From: Euzebyales bacterium | GTDB taxonomy: Bacteria; Actinomycetota; Nitriliruptoria; Euzebyales; Egibacteraceae | Length of the DNA: 24,000 nt | Reading direction: 5' to 3' | NCBI GenBank assembly: GCA_038233095.1 | Contig: JBBSMR010000003.1 | Span: 74,476 to 98,475, forward strand | Part shown: piece by piece, positions 1 through 8,514 of the stretch | How the letters are laid out: every line of letters begins with the position of its first letter | Numbering within the stretch: position 1 is the first letter of the stretch | Made by a program: the position numbers and the translations under genes | Notes under the pieces: model-generated | The model's database searches: none | The model's input: the letters and a program-made list of their open reading frames with translations, nothing else | Told to the model about the DNA's origin: nothing

Positions 1-164
1 TGACGATCCCGGGCGCTGACCAGTACGGACTCCAGGCGACCGCGCTGTCGCAGGCCATCCGGACCGGGTCAGCGAGCCCCCGACCCCAGGGGGAGGCGAC
101 CGCCAACATGCGACTGATCGAACGCGTCGCGGCCGCCGCCGGCCTCCAGCCACCAGGTCAGTAG
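1..164 (+). CDS. 3' end of a Gfo/Idh/MocA-type oxidoreductase gene (5' part lies outside the window)
   Basis: The frame is open from the window edge (codons from nt 3) to TAG 162-164. Translation: TIPGADQYGLQATALSQAIRTGSASPRPQGEATANMRLIERVAAAAGLQPPGQ. This resembles the C-terminal tail of Gfo/Idh/MocA dehydrogenases (family recollection, not searched). Absent from the ORF track because there is no start codon in the window. Convergent with the aldolase gene and overlaps its stop. Confidence 0.4.
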   Translation, partial: TIPGADQYGLQATALSQAIRTGSASPRPQGEATANMRLIERVAAAAGLQPPGQ

Positions 165-1096
165 GTCAGATACCAGGTCTCGTCGGCGTCCGGCAACGTA
201 GAGCGTGCGGCCCAGTCGCGCCCCTCCTCGCGGGCGATCGTGGCGAGCTCGCGGAAGCGGGGGCGAAGTTCTGCCTCGGCGAGCTTGTCCCGCTCGTCCG
301 GGGGGAGGGTGACGGCCTCGCCCCACAGGGCGCGGCCGACCATGAAGCCGGATGCGCCGGCTCGGCAGGCCACTTGAAGCTGCTCGCGGAACAGCTCGTA
401 GGGGTCCCCGCCGGACAGCAGCGCCCACGGAGCGGGTGAGGCCGCGTCGAGCTCCGCGCAGGCGTCGCGCCACGCGCCGCGATCCTCCTCGTGGCGGGTA
501 TCGACTGGGAACTGCACCTTGAGGACTTCCGGTCCGAGCGCCCCGAGGCGGCGGACGGTCTCGACCACGATGCTGCGCCGTTTCGCCGCGTACTCGGAAG
601 AGTCGGGAGACAAACCGGGCTTCACGGTGTAGCCGAACGGTTCGAGGAAGAGCGGCACGTCGTAGCGCGCGCACTCGGCGATGACCGCGCTGATCATCTG
701 GTCCTGGAGCTCGGTCACGCGCCCCGCGTCAGGGCGGTAGAGCACGAGCAGCTTGATCCCCGACGCGCCGAGGCGTGCGGCCTTCTCCACGCTCCAGCCG
801 TCGAGGAGCGAGGTCTGCCAGGCCTCGGGATCCCCGAGATAGCCCTGGGCCTCGAGCGCGCACATGAAGCCGACACTCCCGGGGAGGGCGCGTGTCCCGA
901 TGGCTTGGGCGGCGTTGAACTCCGGCTCGAGCATGACACCGGACGCCTCGTGCGCCAGGGCCTCGAGCAACGCCAGCTTGGTGCGGGTCATCGTGCTCGG
1001 CGTGACGCTCTCGGGATCTTCCGGAGCGAGCACGGCACGCAGGGAGTCGCGGTGATCCGCGGCCAGGATCGTGAAGATCCCCTCGCGCGTCGACAT
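158..1096 (-). CDS. Class-I aldolase of the LacD/DUF2090 family, probable 2-deoxy-5-keto-gluconate-6-phosphate aldolase of the inositol pathway
   Basis: Track ORF 158..1270, trimmed to the internal ATG at 1094-1096 (MSTREGIFTILAADHRDSL...). The 58-aa upstream extension is Arg/Pro-rich and not protein-like. TIM-barrel aldolase-like sequence (FTILAADHR, KLLVLYRPD, LKVQFPVD, SGG..Y..F). Sits immediately downstream of iolC. Confidence 0.7.
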   Translation of the reverse strand: MSTREGIFTILAADHRDSLRAVLAPEDPESVTPSTMTRTKLALLEALAHEASGVMLEPEFNAAQAIGTRALPGSVGFMCALEAQGYLGDPEAWQTSLLDGWSVEKAARLGASGIKLLVLYRPDAGRVTELQDQMISAVIAECARYDVPLFLEPFGYTVKPGLSPDSSEYAAKRRSIVVETVRRLGALGPEVLKVQFPVDTRHEEDRGAWRDACAELDAASPAPWALLSGGDPYELFREQLQVACRAGASGFMVGRALWGEAVTLPPDERDKLAEAELRPRFRELATIAREEGRDWAARSTLPDADETWYLTY

Positions 1097-1143
1097 CTGC
1101 GCCAGGCGACGGGCCTTCCCGGGCGTGAGGACTCGTGGGCCTG

Positions 1144-2160
1144 TCACCGCTGCTCCTGCTCTTCGAGGAAGGTCCGCACGTCGTGCTCGGTCGGGAAGGC
1201 GACGGCGCAGCCGTGCCGGGTGACCTGGATGGCCCCGCACGCGTTCGCGAAACGGGCGGCGTCGGGCCAATCTCCTCCACGCGTCCGCGTCCGCACGAGT
1301 CCGGAGGCGAACGCGTCACCGGCACCGACGGTGTTGACCACCTCGACCCCGAAGCCGGGCACGTCGTAGCGCTCGCCCTCGTCGAACACCGTGACGCCTT
1401 CAGGACCGCGCTTGAGGACGACGGTGGCGACGGTGCCCGCGGAAACCAGGGACGACACGCGCTCGTCGAGGGCCTCGAGGGAGGCGTCGGGCAGCGGCTC
1501 ACCGCCCGTCACGATGTCGGGATCTTCGGCGAGCGCCGCGTGGAACTCCTCTTCGGTGCCGATCGCGACATCGACCAGCGGAAGGACGCTGCGCATCCTC
1601 AAGCCGAAGGCGCCCGGGTCGGACCAGTCGGTGGGCCGCAGATCGAGGTCGAGGTAGACCGTTCTGCCGAGCCGTTCCGCATGCTCCGCGCACGCGAGCG
1701 CCGCGTCCGCGCACGAGCCGCGGCTGAAGGCGTTGCCCGACAGCATCTGCGCAGCGATCCCCGCGCACGGCAGCTGCTGCGCGTCGGTCACCGTCAGGTG
1801 GATGTCCGCCGGGTCCTCACGGTAGAAGGAGAGGGGGAACTCATCCGGTGGTTGCACACCCAGGAGCGCGAGCGAGGTGAGTTTGCCGCTCTTCCTGGGA
1901 ATGTAGGACGTTTCCACTCCCTCGTCGCGCAGGTACCGCAGGACGAAGTCGCCGACCCGGTCCTCCCCGACCGCGGTGAAGGCGATTGTGCGCAGGCCGA
2001 GCCGTGCCGTGGCGATCGCGATGTTCGTCGGACTGCCGCCGACCGTCGCGTCGAAGCTCGACACGTCAGCGAACTCGGCGCCGATCTCGCGCGCGATCAG
2101 ATCCATGTTGACGCGGCCCACGGTGACGAGGTCCCAGGTGGCCCCCGGTGTCTTCGTCAC
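1144..2160 (-). CDS. iolC: 5-dehydro-2-deoxygluconokinase (PfkB carbohydrate kinase family)
   Basis: 338 aa. Ribokinase/PfkB signatures: N-terminal VGRVNMDL...GGSPTN and C-terminal NTVGAGDAF..G. GTG start 2158-2160 overlaps the iolE stop (GTGA). Lies in an iol gene context. Confidence 0.85.
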   Translation of the reverse strand: MTKTPGATWDLVTVGRVNMDLIAREIGAEFADVSSFDATVGGSPTNIAIATARLGLRTIAFTAVGEDRVGDFVLRYLRDEGVETSYIPRKSGKLTSLALLGVQPPDEFPLSFYREDPADIHLTVTDAQQLPCAGIAAQMLSGNAFSRGSCADAALACAEHAERLGRTVYLDLDLRPTDWSDPGAFGLRMRSVLPLVDVAIGTEEEFHAALAEDPDIVTGGEPLPDASLEALDERVSSLVSAGTVATVVLKRGPEGVTVFDEGERYDVPGFGVEVVNTVGAGDAFASGLVRTRTRGGDWPDAARFANACGAIQVTRHGCAVAFPTEHDVRTFLEEQEQR

Positions 2161-3047
2161 AGTGTGGCGGCGAGCTCACGGAGGTAGGCGAGACTCTTTT
2201 CAGCGTCCTCCTTGGGTCCGGCGCCCTTCTCGGGTACCTCGTGGACGACGGCGTCCTGCTCGAGGACGTACCAGCCGTCGTATCCGGTGGACTCGAGTTG
2301 CTGGATGACGTCGGCGATGTCGATGTCACCCTCACCGAGCGCTTGGAACATCCCGTCGATCACGGCCTGACGGAATCCCATGTCGCCCTCGCGCACCCGT
2401 TCTGCCAGATCCGCATCCGCATCCTTCAGGTGGACGTGGTGGGTACGACCGGTGGCGAGCTTGGCGATCTCGACCGGGTCGGCGCCACCGATGAAGAGGT
2501 GACCGGTGTCCAGGCAGAGCCCCACGTCGCAGGATTCGAGCAGCCGATGGACGTGCGACGGGCGCTCGATCGCCATCCCCCAGTGCTGGTGGAGGGCGGT
2601 CTGCAGATCGTGCTCGCTGGCGATCGTCCGCACCTTCTCGAGGTTCTCCAGAAAGGTCGACCACTCCTCCTCGTCCATCTCGATGGACGTGTCGTAGCCG
2701 TCCAGGTGCGAATCCGGGCCCAGCACCATGACCTTCGAACCCGTGCTCGCGAGTTGGGTCGATGCGTGCTCCACGTACTGGAGCTGCTCGTCGACGAGGT
2801 CGGGGCGGTAGAGCACCGCGGGCACGAAGCCCCCGACGATGCGCAGGCCGAAGGTGTCGAGATGGCGTGCGAGCTCGTCCGGATCGCGCGGGAGATAGCC
2901 GTCGGGGCCGAGCTCGGTCGCGGTCAGGCCGATCTCCACCATCTCGGAGAGGACCCGGTCGCGATCCATCGTGTAGCCCCAGCCGGGCGACCCGTCGACA
3001 CCCCAGGTGATCGGCGCACCGGCGATGCGGTCCATGATCGTTCCCAT
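2157..3047 (-). CDS. iolE: Inosose dehydratase (xylose-isomerase-like TIM barrel)
   Basis: Track ORF 2157..3077, trimmed to ATG 3045-3047 (MGTIMDRIAGAPITWGV...), which has a GGAGG Shine-Dalgarno 5 nt upstream (3054-3058). The IAGAPITWGV N-terminus and HLKD motif are typical of IolE. Confidence 0.85.
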   Translation of the reverse strand: MGTIMDRIAGAPITWGVDGSPGWGYTMDRDRVLSEMVEIGLTATELGPDGYLPRDPDELARHLDTFGLRIVGGFVPAVLYRPDLVDEQLQYVEHASTQLASTGSKVMVLGPDSHLDGYDTSIEMDEEEWSTFLENLEKVRTIASEHDLQTALHQHWGMAIERPSHVHRLLESCDVGLCLDTGHLFIGGADPVEIAKLATGRTHHVHLKDADADLAERVREGDMGFRQAVIDGMFQALGEGDIDIADVIQQLESTGYDGWYVLEQDAVVHEVPEKGAGPKEDAEKSLAYLRELAATL

Positions 3048-3064
3048 CGTGACCTCCGCGCTTG

Positions 3065-3076
3065 TGGAACGTTCCA
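3065..3076. promoter_or_regulatory. Perfect 12-bp palindrome TGGAACGTTCCA in the iolE/iolB divergent region (candidate repressor operator)
   Basis: Read directly from the sequence. Even palindrome with a central CG, the style of LacI-family operators. Sits 6 nt upstream of the iolE SD. Confidence 0.4.
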
Positions 3077-3080
3077 ACGC

Positions 3081-3092
3081 GAGGTATACCTC
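3081..3092. promoter_or_regulatory. Perfect 12-bp palindrome GAGGTATACCTC in the iolE/iolB divergent region
   Basis: Read directly from the sequence, 4 nt from the first palindrome. The AT-rich core TATAC is unusual in this GC-rich context. Confidence 0.35.
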
Positions 3093-3208
3093 CGAGGGTG
3101 TGTGCTGTCAATCGATGGAGCACCACGGGAGATCAACGTGACCACCGCGCTCGGTATCGGCCTCAGGGCGTCGGCTGGAAGGGTTGGGGCCGCCGAGAGG
3201 AGAGCGAG

Positions 3209-4063
3209 ATGAGCAGCCTCTTTCACCCAGCCGGAACGATCGGTGACGACGACCGTTCGGTGATCGTCACCCCCGGGATGGGAGGGTTGGACTACGGCGG
3301 CCTGGAGGTCGTGCCCTTGGCATCAGACTCCAGCTACACCTTCGCGACGGGGACGCGAGAGGTCGCCGTGCTGCCGCTGTCGGGAGGCGTCGTCGTCGAG
3401 GTCGAGGACCGTCGTTTCGAGCTCACCGGACGCGAGGGCGTCTTCAAGGCCGTGACGGACTTCGCCTACACGCCCATCGACACCGAGGTCCGTATCACCG
3501 CCACGAGGCCCGGAGAGATCGCGCTCTGCACTGCCGAGGCGACCCGCCACATCGATCCGTACCGCGTGGATGCTCAGGACATCCGCATAGAGGTCCGAGG
3601 TGGCGGGGTGTGCACGCGCCAGATCAACAACTTCCTCAGCGCCGACATGTTCGATGCGGACAAGCTGATCTGCGTCGAGGTGATCACCCCTGAGGGCGGC
3701 TGGTCCTCCTACCCGCCGCACAAGCACGATGAGTTCACCGAGGACGAGGTGAAGCTCGAAGAGATCTACTACTTCCGGATCGACGTGGCGCTCGGCACCG
3801 CGTTCTTCAGCTGCTACACCCCCGATGATTCGATCAACGAGACGGTGACCGTCCGCGACGGTGATATCTACCTCGTCCCGCGTGGGTACCACGGTCCCGC
3901 CGCCGCAACGCCCGGCCACCACATGTACTACCTCAACATCATGGCAGGGCCCGCCGAGGAACGGGTGTGGCGCTTCACCGAGGACCCTGATCACGCGTGG
4001 GCACGGCCCATGCTCGAGGCCCAACCTCCCGACCCGCGTCTCCCGCTCACCGGCCCGCGATGA
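3209..4063 (+). CDS. iolB: 5-deoxy-glucuronate isomerase (cupin)
   Basis: Track ORF 3062..4063, trimmed to ATG 3209 (MSSLFHPAG...), preceded by GAGAGGAGAG. Contains the IolB-like motifs SSYPPHKHD and IYYF; length about 284 aa. Confidence 0.85.
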   Translation: MSSLFHPAGTIGDDDRSVIVTPGMGGLDYGGLEVVPLASDSSYTFATGTREVAVLPLSGGVVVEVEDRRFELTGREGVFKAVTDFAYTPIDTEVRITATRPGEIALCTAEATRHIDPYRVDAQDIRIEVRGGGVCTRQINNFLSADMFDADKLICVEVITPEGGWSSYPPHKHDEFTEDEVKLEEIYYFRIDVALGTAFFSCYTPDDSINETVTVRDGDIYLVPRGYHGPAAATPGHHMYYLNIMAGPAEERVWRFTEDPDHAWARPMLEAQPPDPRLPLTGPR

Positions 4064-4112
4064 AAAGGCATGTGCCTGCGGTCGTCGTTCAGCTAGAACA
4101 GGAGGACTTCTC

Positions 4113-5312
4113 GTGACTCGTACGCTTGGCGTCGGCGTCCTCGGCATGGGCTGGATGGGGCAACTCCACTCCGCCTCGTACCAACGGCTGAAGTACCACT
4201 ACCCCGACGTCAACGTCGAACCGAGGCTGGTCATTGCGGCGGACCCGGACGAGGGACGCCAGCAGATGGCGGTCGACCGGCTCGGGTTCGCCGAGTCGAC
4301 GGCGAACTGGAAGGACGTCCTGTCCCACCCCGACGTGGACGTCGTGAGCATCACGACCCCGAACTTCCTGCACCGGGAGATGGCCGTCGCAACGGCCGAG
4401 GCCGGCAAGCCGTTTTGGGCCGAGAAGCCGCTCGGGCGCTATCCCTCCGATGTCGCCGACGTCGGTGAGGCGGTCGAGCAGGCGGGCGTCATCACGATGG
4501 TGGGGTTCAACTACCGCTACGCCCCGGCACTGCAGCGGGCCCGGGAGTTGATCGCCGAGGGGGCGCTCGGTGAGATCACCCACTATCGCTCGACGTTCAT
4601 CGCGGACTACTCCAGCCACCCCGACGGGGTGCTCACTTGGCGCTTCTCCTTCGAGCAGGCGGGTCTTGGCATCCTCGGGGACCTCATGTCCCATGCCGCC
4701 GACATGGCGCTGTACGTCCTGGGCCCGATCGAGCGCCTCACGGCGCAGCGGGCCGTCTTCATCCCGACGCGACCGAAGTCTTCGGGCGACGCGGAGAGCC
4801 ACTTCGCGCGAGCTGCCGAGGACGCCGAGCACGCGCCCGTGGAGAACGAGGATTACGTCTCGGCCCTCTTGCACTTCGCCGGAGGGGCGCGCGGGACGAT
4901 CGAGACCAGTCGCGTCGTCGTCGGTCCGCACGTGCGCTACGTCGTCGAAGCGCACGGCACCGAGGGGGCGGTCGCGTGGAACTTCGAACGTATGAACGAG
5001 CTGCGGTTGTACGAGCGACGCAATCAGGACGCGGGCTACCGGACGGTCTACGCCGAACCGGGGCACGGTGACTTCGCGCACTTCCAACCGGCGCAGGGCA
5101 TCGGCATGAGCTTCGACGACCTCAAGGTGATGGAGGCCCACCAGTTCGTCTCGTCGGTCGTCTCCGGTGAGCAACTCCCCGGAGGGGTGCCGGACGCCGT
5201 CGCGATGATGCAGGTCATCAGCGCGATGGAGCGCTCGTGTGAGAGCGGTGTCTGGGAGGACGTGGGAGAGATCACGCCTTCGATGCGGATGAGCGTCGAG
5301 GGCGTCGCGTGA
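4113..5312 (+). CDS. Gfo/Idh/MocA family NAD(P)-dependent oxidoreductase (inositol/inosose dehydrogenase paralog)
   Basis: Track ORF 3861..5312, trimmed to GTG 4113, preceded by AGGAGGA (4100-4106). N-terminal Rossmann motif GVGVLGMGWMG, and the EKP motif (FWAEKPL) typical of the family. Confidence 0.8.
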   Translation: MTRTLGVGVLGMGWMGQLHSASYQRLKYHYPDVNVEPRLVIAADPDEGRQQMAVDRLGFAESTANWKDVLSHPDVDVVSITTPNFLHREMAVATAEAGKPFWAEKPLGRYPSDVADVGEAVEQAGVITMVGFNYRYAPALQRARELIAEGALGEITHYRSTFIADYSSHPDGVLTWRFSFEQAGLGILGDLMSHAADMALYVLGPIERLTAQRAVFIPTRPKSSGDAESHFARAAEDAEHAPVENEDYVSALLHFAGGARGTIETSRVVVGPHVRYVVEAHGTEGAVAWNFERMNELRLYERRNQDAGYRTVYAEPGHGDFAHFQPAQGIGMSFDDLKVMEAHQFVSSVVSGEQLPGGVPDAVAMMQVISAMERSCESGVWEDVGEITPSMRMSVEGVA

Positions 5313-6313
5313 GCGCGGTGGAGATCGGTATGGCAGTCCTGGGGGCAGGACGTATCGGGCTGCTGCACGCACGCAACGCGCTCGGTCTCGCGGAGGGCGT
5401 CGCTCTGCGTGTCGTCGCCGATCCCTCCGAGGAGGCCCTGGAGCATGCGCGCTCGGCGGGTGCGGATACCGCGCGGGACTGGCAGGAGGCGGTGCGGCGA
5501 AGCGACGTCGACGCGGTCCTCGTCGCCTCACCCACCCGCTTTCACCGTGAGCAGGTGCTCGCCGCCGCCGAGGCTGGCAAGCACGTCTTTTGCGAGAAGC
5601 CGATCGACCGCGATCCCGACGTCATCGACGAGCTGATCGAGGCGTGCGAGCAGGCCGGCGTGTCGCTCCAGACCGGCTTCAACCGTCGATTCGACCGGAA
5701 CTTCGCGGCGCTGCGCGAGCGCGTGCGGGACGGCGAGGTGGGACGGGTGTGGAGTCTCCGCATCACCTCACGGGATCCCGAGCCGCCACCACTGGACTAC
5801 CTGAAAGGATCGGGAGGTCTCTTCGCCGACATGGCGATCCACGATTTCGACATGGCCCGCTTCATCACTGGGCAGGAGATCGTCGAGGTCGGCGTCTTCG
5901 CCGATGCGCTCATCTCGGAGCACACGTCGGAGGCCGACGACGTCGACGTGGCGTTCACGAGCCTGCGGTTCGAGGACGGGACGCTCGGCGTCATCGAGAA
6001 CGCCCGGGCCTGCACCTACGGCTACGACCAGCGCGTGGAGGTGCACGGTGAGAGAGGCACCGTGTTCGCCGGCAACGAGTCCCGCGACACGGTCTGGCTC
6101 GGAGACTCGAGCGGGTTCCATCGCGAGCCGCTGCTGGACTTCTTCCTCGACCGCTACAGCGCGGCCTACGTCCGCGAACTCGAGTCCTTCGCCTCCGCCT
6201 GCCGGGAGGGCGAGCCCGTGGAGGTGACCGGCTGGGACGGCCGTCAAGCCGTCGTGGCTGCCGCGGCGGCGGACCGTTCGCTGCGGGAGGGCCGCAGCGT
6301 CACCCTGGGGTAG
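5309..6313 (+). CDS. iolG: myo-inositol 2-dehydrogenase (Gfo/Idh/MocA family)
   Basis: 334 aa. GTG start overlaps the upstream stop (GTGA at 5309-5312). Motifs: MAVLGAGRIG, HVFCEKP, GFNRRFD and DMAIHDFDM, characteristic of IolG-type enzymes. Confidence 0.8.
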   Translation: MSAVEIGMAVLGAGRIGLLHARNALGLAEGVALRVVADPSEEALEHARSAGADTARDWQEAVRRSDVDAVLVASPTRFHREQVLAAAEAGKHVFCEKPIDRDPDVIDELIEACEQAGVSLQTGFNRRFDRNFAALRERVRDGEVGRVWSLRITSRDPEPPPLDYLKGSGGLFADMAIHDFDMARFITGQEIVEVGVFADALISEHTSEADDVDVAFTSLRFEDGTLGVIENARACTYGYDQRVEVHGERGTVFAGNESRDTVWLGDSSGFHREPLLDFFLDRYSAAYVRELESFASACREGEPVEVTGWDGRQAVVAAAAADRSLREGRSVTLG

Positions 6314-6403
6314 CCCTCGACGGCGGCGGGGACGGCGACTCATGGAAGCGCCGCGCCACCTCGACCGACAGCGCCGCATGGGCGCACCCTGCCATGGCAA
6401 GCT

Positions 6404-6880
6404 GTGCGGATGCAGATGCCTTCGGGGTTGCGGCCGCTCGCAGCGCTGCTGGGGACGTGGCGGGGTGAGGGTCATGGCGAGTACCCGACCATCGAGCCCT
6501 TCGACTACGGCGAGGAAGTGACTTTCTCCCACGTGGGCAAGCCCTTCCTGGCGTACGCACAGCGCACGTGGTCGCTGCAGACGGGGGCGCCGTTGCATGC
6601 CGAGACGGGCTTCTGGCGCCCTGGCGGGGACGGCCTCCTCGAGGTGGTCCTGTCCCACCCCTTCGGGGCGGTCGAGGTGCTCACCGGCAGTGTGCACGAC
6701 GGTGCGCTGCGGCTCGCCTCCTCGGCGGTGGTGACGACGCCGACGGCGCAACGCATCGACGGCACGGAGCGGGACGTCGATGTCGCGGGGGGCACGCTGC
6801 ACTACACGCTCCGCATGGCCGCCGCCGGCCATCCCATGACGCACCACCTGGCAGCGGTGTTGCGGCGGGTGCAACGATAG
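6404..6880 (+). CDS. Nitrobindin / THAP4-like heme-binding beta-barrel (FABP-like, DUF1794) protein
   Basis: The LLGTWRGEGHGEYPTIEPFDYGEEVTFSHVGKPFLAYAQRTW motif block and a C-terminal His-containing strand match my recollection of actinobacterial nitrobindins. Start is ambiguous (GTG 6404, ATG 6410 or ATG 6416). Confidence 0.7.
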   Translation: MRMQMPSGLRPLAALLGTWRGEGHGEYPTIEPFDYGEEVTFSHVGKPFLAYAQRTWSLQTGAPLHAETGFWRPGGDGLLEVVLSHPFGAVEVLTGSVHDGALRLASSAVVTTPTAQRIDGTERDVDVAGGTLHYTLRMAAAGHPMTHHLAAVLRRVQR

Positions 6881-6956
6881 GTGTCGGTCACGGGACCGTG
6901 ATGAGGCGACCGGCTGGTAGGTTGCCACTACGTCCTCTGGTCGAAGGGTTTGTGGC

Positions 6957-7526
6957 ATGCACATCACGTTGGCGCGCCATGGGGAGACCCAGTGGAGTCG
7001 GACCGGACAGCACACCGGCGGGACCGATCTGCCGTTGACGGAGGAGGGCGAGCGGCAGGTCGCGGCGCTCGGGAAGCGTCTCGCCGGCAGCAAGTTCGAC
7101 CTCGTGCTGTCGAGCCCCGCGCTGCGCGCCTCCCAGACGGCGAGCGCGCTTGGCCATGAGTTCGAGACCGACGAGCGGCTCGTCGAGCTCGACTACGGCG
7201 AGTACGAGGGGCTCACGACGGTGCAGATCCGCGGCCGGCGCCCCGCGTGGGACCTCTGGTTCGACGGCTGCCCCGACGGCGAGACCGTGGCAGAGGTGGG
7301 CGACCGCGTGGACGGTGTCCTGCAGCACCTGATCGAGTCAGGCGCCAAGTTGGTGATGCTCGTCGGGCACAGCCACACGTTCCGCGTACTCGCCGCCCGC
7401 TATCTGGGTCTCGAGCCCGAGATCGGGCGGCTGTTCAAGCTCGACACGGCGACGCTGTCGGAGCTCGGCGAGTACCACTCGCGCCCCGTCGTGGTCCGCT
7501 GGAACAGCTACGACCACCTGCGCTGA
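6957..7526 (+). CDS. Histidine phosphatase family protein (phosphoglycerate-mutase-like)
   Basis: N-terminal catalytic RHGET motif (LARHGETQWS), a later GHSH motif, 189 aa. Confidence 0.8.
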   Translation: MHITLARHGETQWSRTGQHTGGTDLPLTEEGERQVAALGKRLAGSKFDLVLSSPALRASQTASALGHEFETDERLVELDYGEYEGLTTVQIRGRRPAWDLWFDGCPDGETVAEVGDRVDGVLQHLIESGAKLVMLVGHSHTFRVLAARYLGLEPEIGRLFKLDTATLSELGEYHSRPVVVRWNSYDHLR

Positions 7527-7674
7527 CCGCCGGGACGCCGGTCGCGGCGAGGTTTGCCAGGTCTTTACCGAGCGTTGACCCGACTGCGGGCATGTGGGGC
7601 CTAGCGTGCCTGTTGGACCACACATCAGGCCCGAACGGCTCGATAGTGCGACGCCCTAGGAGGCGGTGAGCAGG

Positions 7675-8001
7675 ATGAGTGCAGGACAGATGACACCGAT
7701 CCGGCCGACGACCGGCCGCGGACGGATGCCGGCCGATGCCGCGGCGGTCACCGTCGGCGTGTTCGACACCCTCGAAGAGGCCGAGCGCGCGGCTGCCATC
7801 CTGCGTGTACACGGTTACGGGGCCGGCGACCTGTCGATCGTGGAGAACGCTCGTCTCAGCAGCACAGGCGTGCTCGGCAGGCTGCGCGCTCGCCTGGACT
7901 CCACTCGTCTGAGCCGCCTCGTGCTGGTGTGGCACGGCGACCCGGTCGAGGTGGAACGCATGCGCGAGGTCCTCGCCGAGGAGTACGCGCTCTCAGCCTG
8001 A
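7675..8001 (+). CDS. Hypothetical protein (108 aa)
   Basis: Track ORF 7666..8001. ATG 7675 is better spaced from AGGAGG (7658-7663). Strong G/C third-position bias. No family recognised with confidence; the VGVFDTLEEAERAAAILRVHGYGAGDLSIV segment loosely recalls small stress-protein domains. Confidence 0.5.
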   Translation: MSAGQMTPIRPTTGRGRMPADAAAVTVGVFDTLEEAERAAAILRVHGYGAGDLSIVENARLSSTGVLGRLRARLDSTRLSRLVLVWHGDPVEVERMREVLAEEYALSA

Positions 8002-8137
8002 GGCTCGGCGTGGGACCATCAGATGGGCTCGTGCTGCGGGCCAACAAGGGCTGACGGCTGCGCCTCGGGTATTCCGCCAGTCCATGCAGAACTGGTGGAA
8101 TATCTGAGCACATGGTGATGCGGCGGTTCAAGATGAT

Positions 8138-8164
8138 CCGCCCCTGCCGCCCCTGCCGCCCCTG
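8138..8164. repeat. Perfect tandem repeat (CCGCCCCTG)x3
   Basis: Read directly: three contiguous identical 9-mers in a stretch with no credible coding frame. Confidence 0.9.
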
Positions 8165-8279
8165 GAGTAGGACCCCATCTGAGAGATGGGCGCTCGCGAG
8201 AGCGATGCGGTGGACGACGACTACCGAGGACGCGTCTCGCAGCATGTCGACGAGGTTCTCTACGGCTCTCCAAGAGGGC

Positions 8280-8514
8280 TTGATCTTCGTCGATACATCC
8301 TTCTGGTACGCGCGCGTTGACCGCGGGGACGTCCATCGCGGCGGTGGAGGCGGACCTGTCGCGGGAGGCTTGGACGTGGCTGCGCCGCCACGATGAGCGC
8401 TCGTACTCCTACGTCGATGCCACAAGTTTCGTCCTGATGCGGAGAGCAAGCCTGCACGAGGTCTTCGCCTTCGACACCGACTTCGCCGCCGGGTTCGCCG
8501 AGCTTCGCCAGTAG
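8280..8514 (+). pseudogene. PIN-domain (VapC-like) toxin remnant with an internal deletion and frameshift
   Basis: One frame gives (L/M)IFVDTSFWYARVDRGDVH from TTG 8280, a PIN N-terminus with the first acidic residue. The +1 frame from about 8340 gives AAVEADLSREAWTWLRRHDERSYSYVDATSFVLMRRASLHEVFAFDTDFAAGFAELRQ, the C-terminal half of the same PIN subfamily. The join is out of frame and about 50 aa of the middle of a normal ~130-aa PIN domain is missing. Confidence 0.55.

Noticed and set aside
4066-4080. AGGCATGTGCCT near-palindrome after iolB as a terminator or operator
   Set aside because: It is an imperfect palindrome. As a hairpin it would have a 2-nt loop, and the next gene follows within 35 nt in an apparent operon.
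4089-5531. 480-aa minus-strand ORF antisense to the oxidoreductase and iolG genes
   Set aside because: The translation is Arg/Pro/Asp-rich and not protein-like. It is fully antisense to two genes with clear family motifs. This is a typical shadow ORF of GC-rich DNA.
5768-7093. 441-aa minus-strand ORF spanning iolG, the nitrobindin-like gene and the phosphatase start
   Set aside because: It crosses three well-supported plus-strand genes and two intergenic regions. The composition is Arg/Pro-rich with no motifs. Shadow frame.
7577-7612. TTGACC followed by TAGCGT as a promoter for the orphan ORF at 7675
   Set aside because: The spacing between the hexamers is about 21 nt, too long for a sigma-70-type promoter. 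Not reportable without transcription start site data.
8186-8320. Possible antitoxin ORF (MGARESDAVDDDYRGRVSQHVDEVLYGSPRG...) upstream of and overlapping the PIN remnant
   Set aside because: No RHH, AbrB or Phd-like features. It runs through the PIN N-terminus in another frame and has no SD. Most likely a chance ORF.
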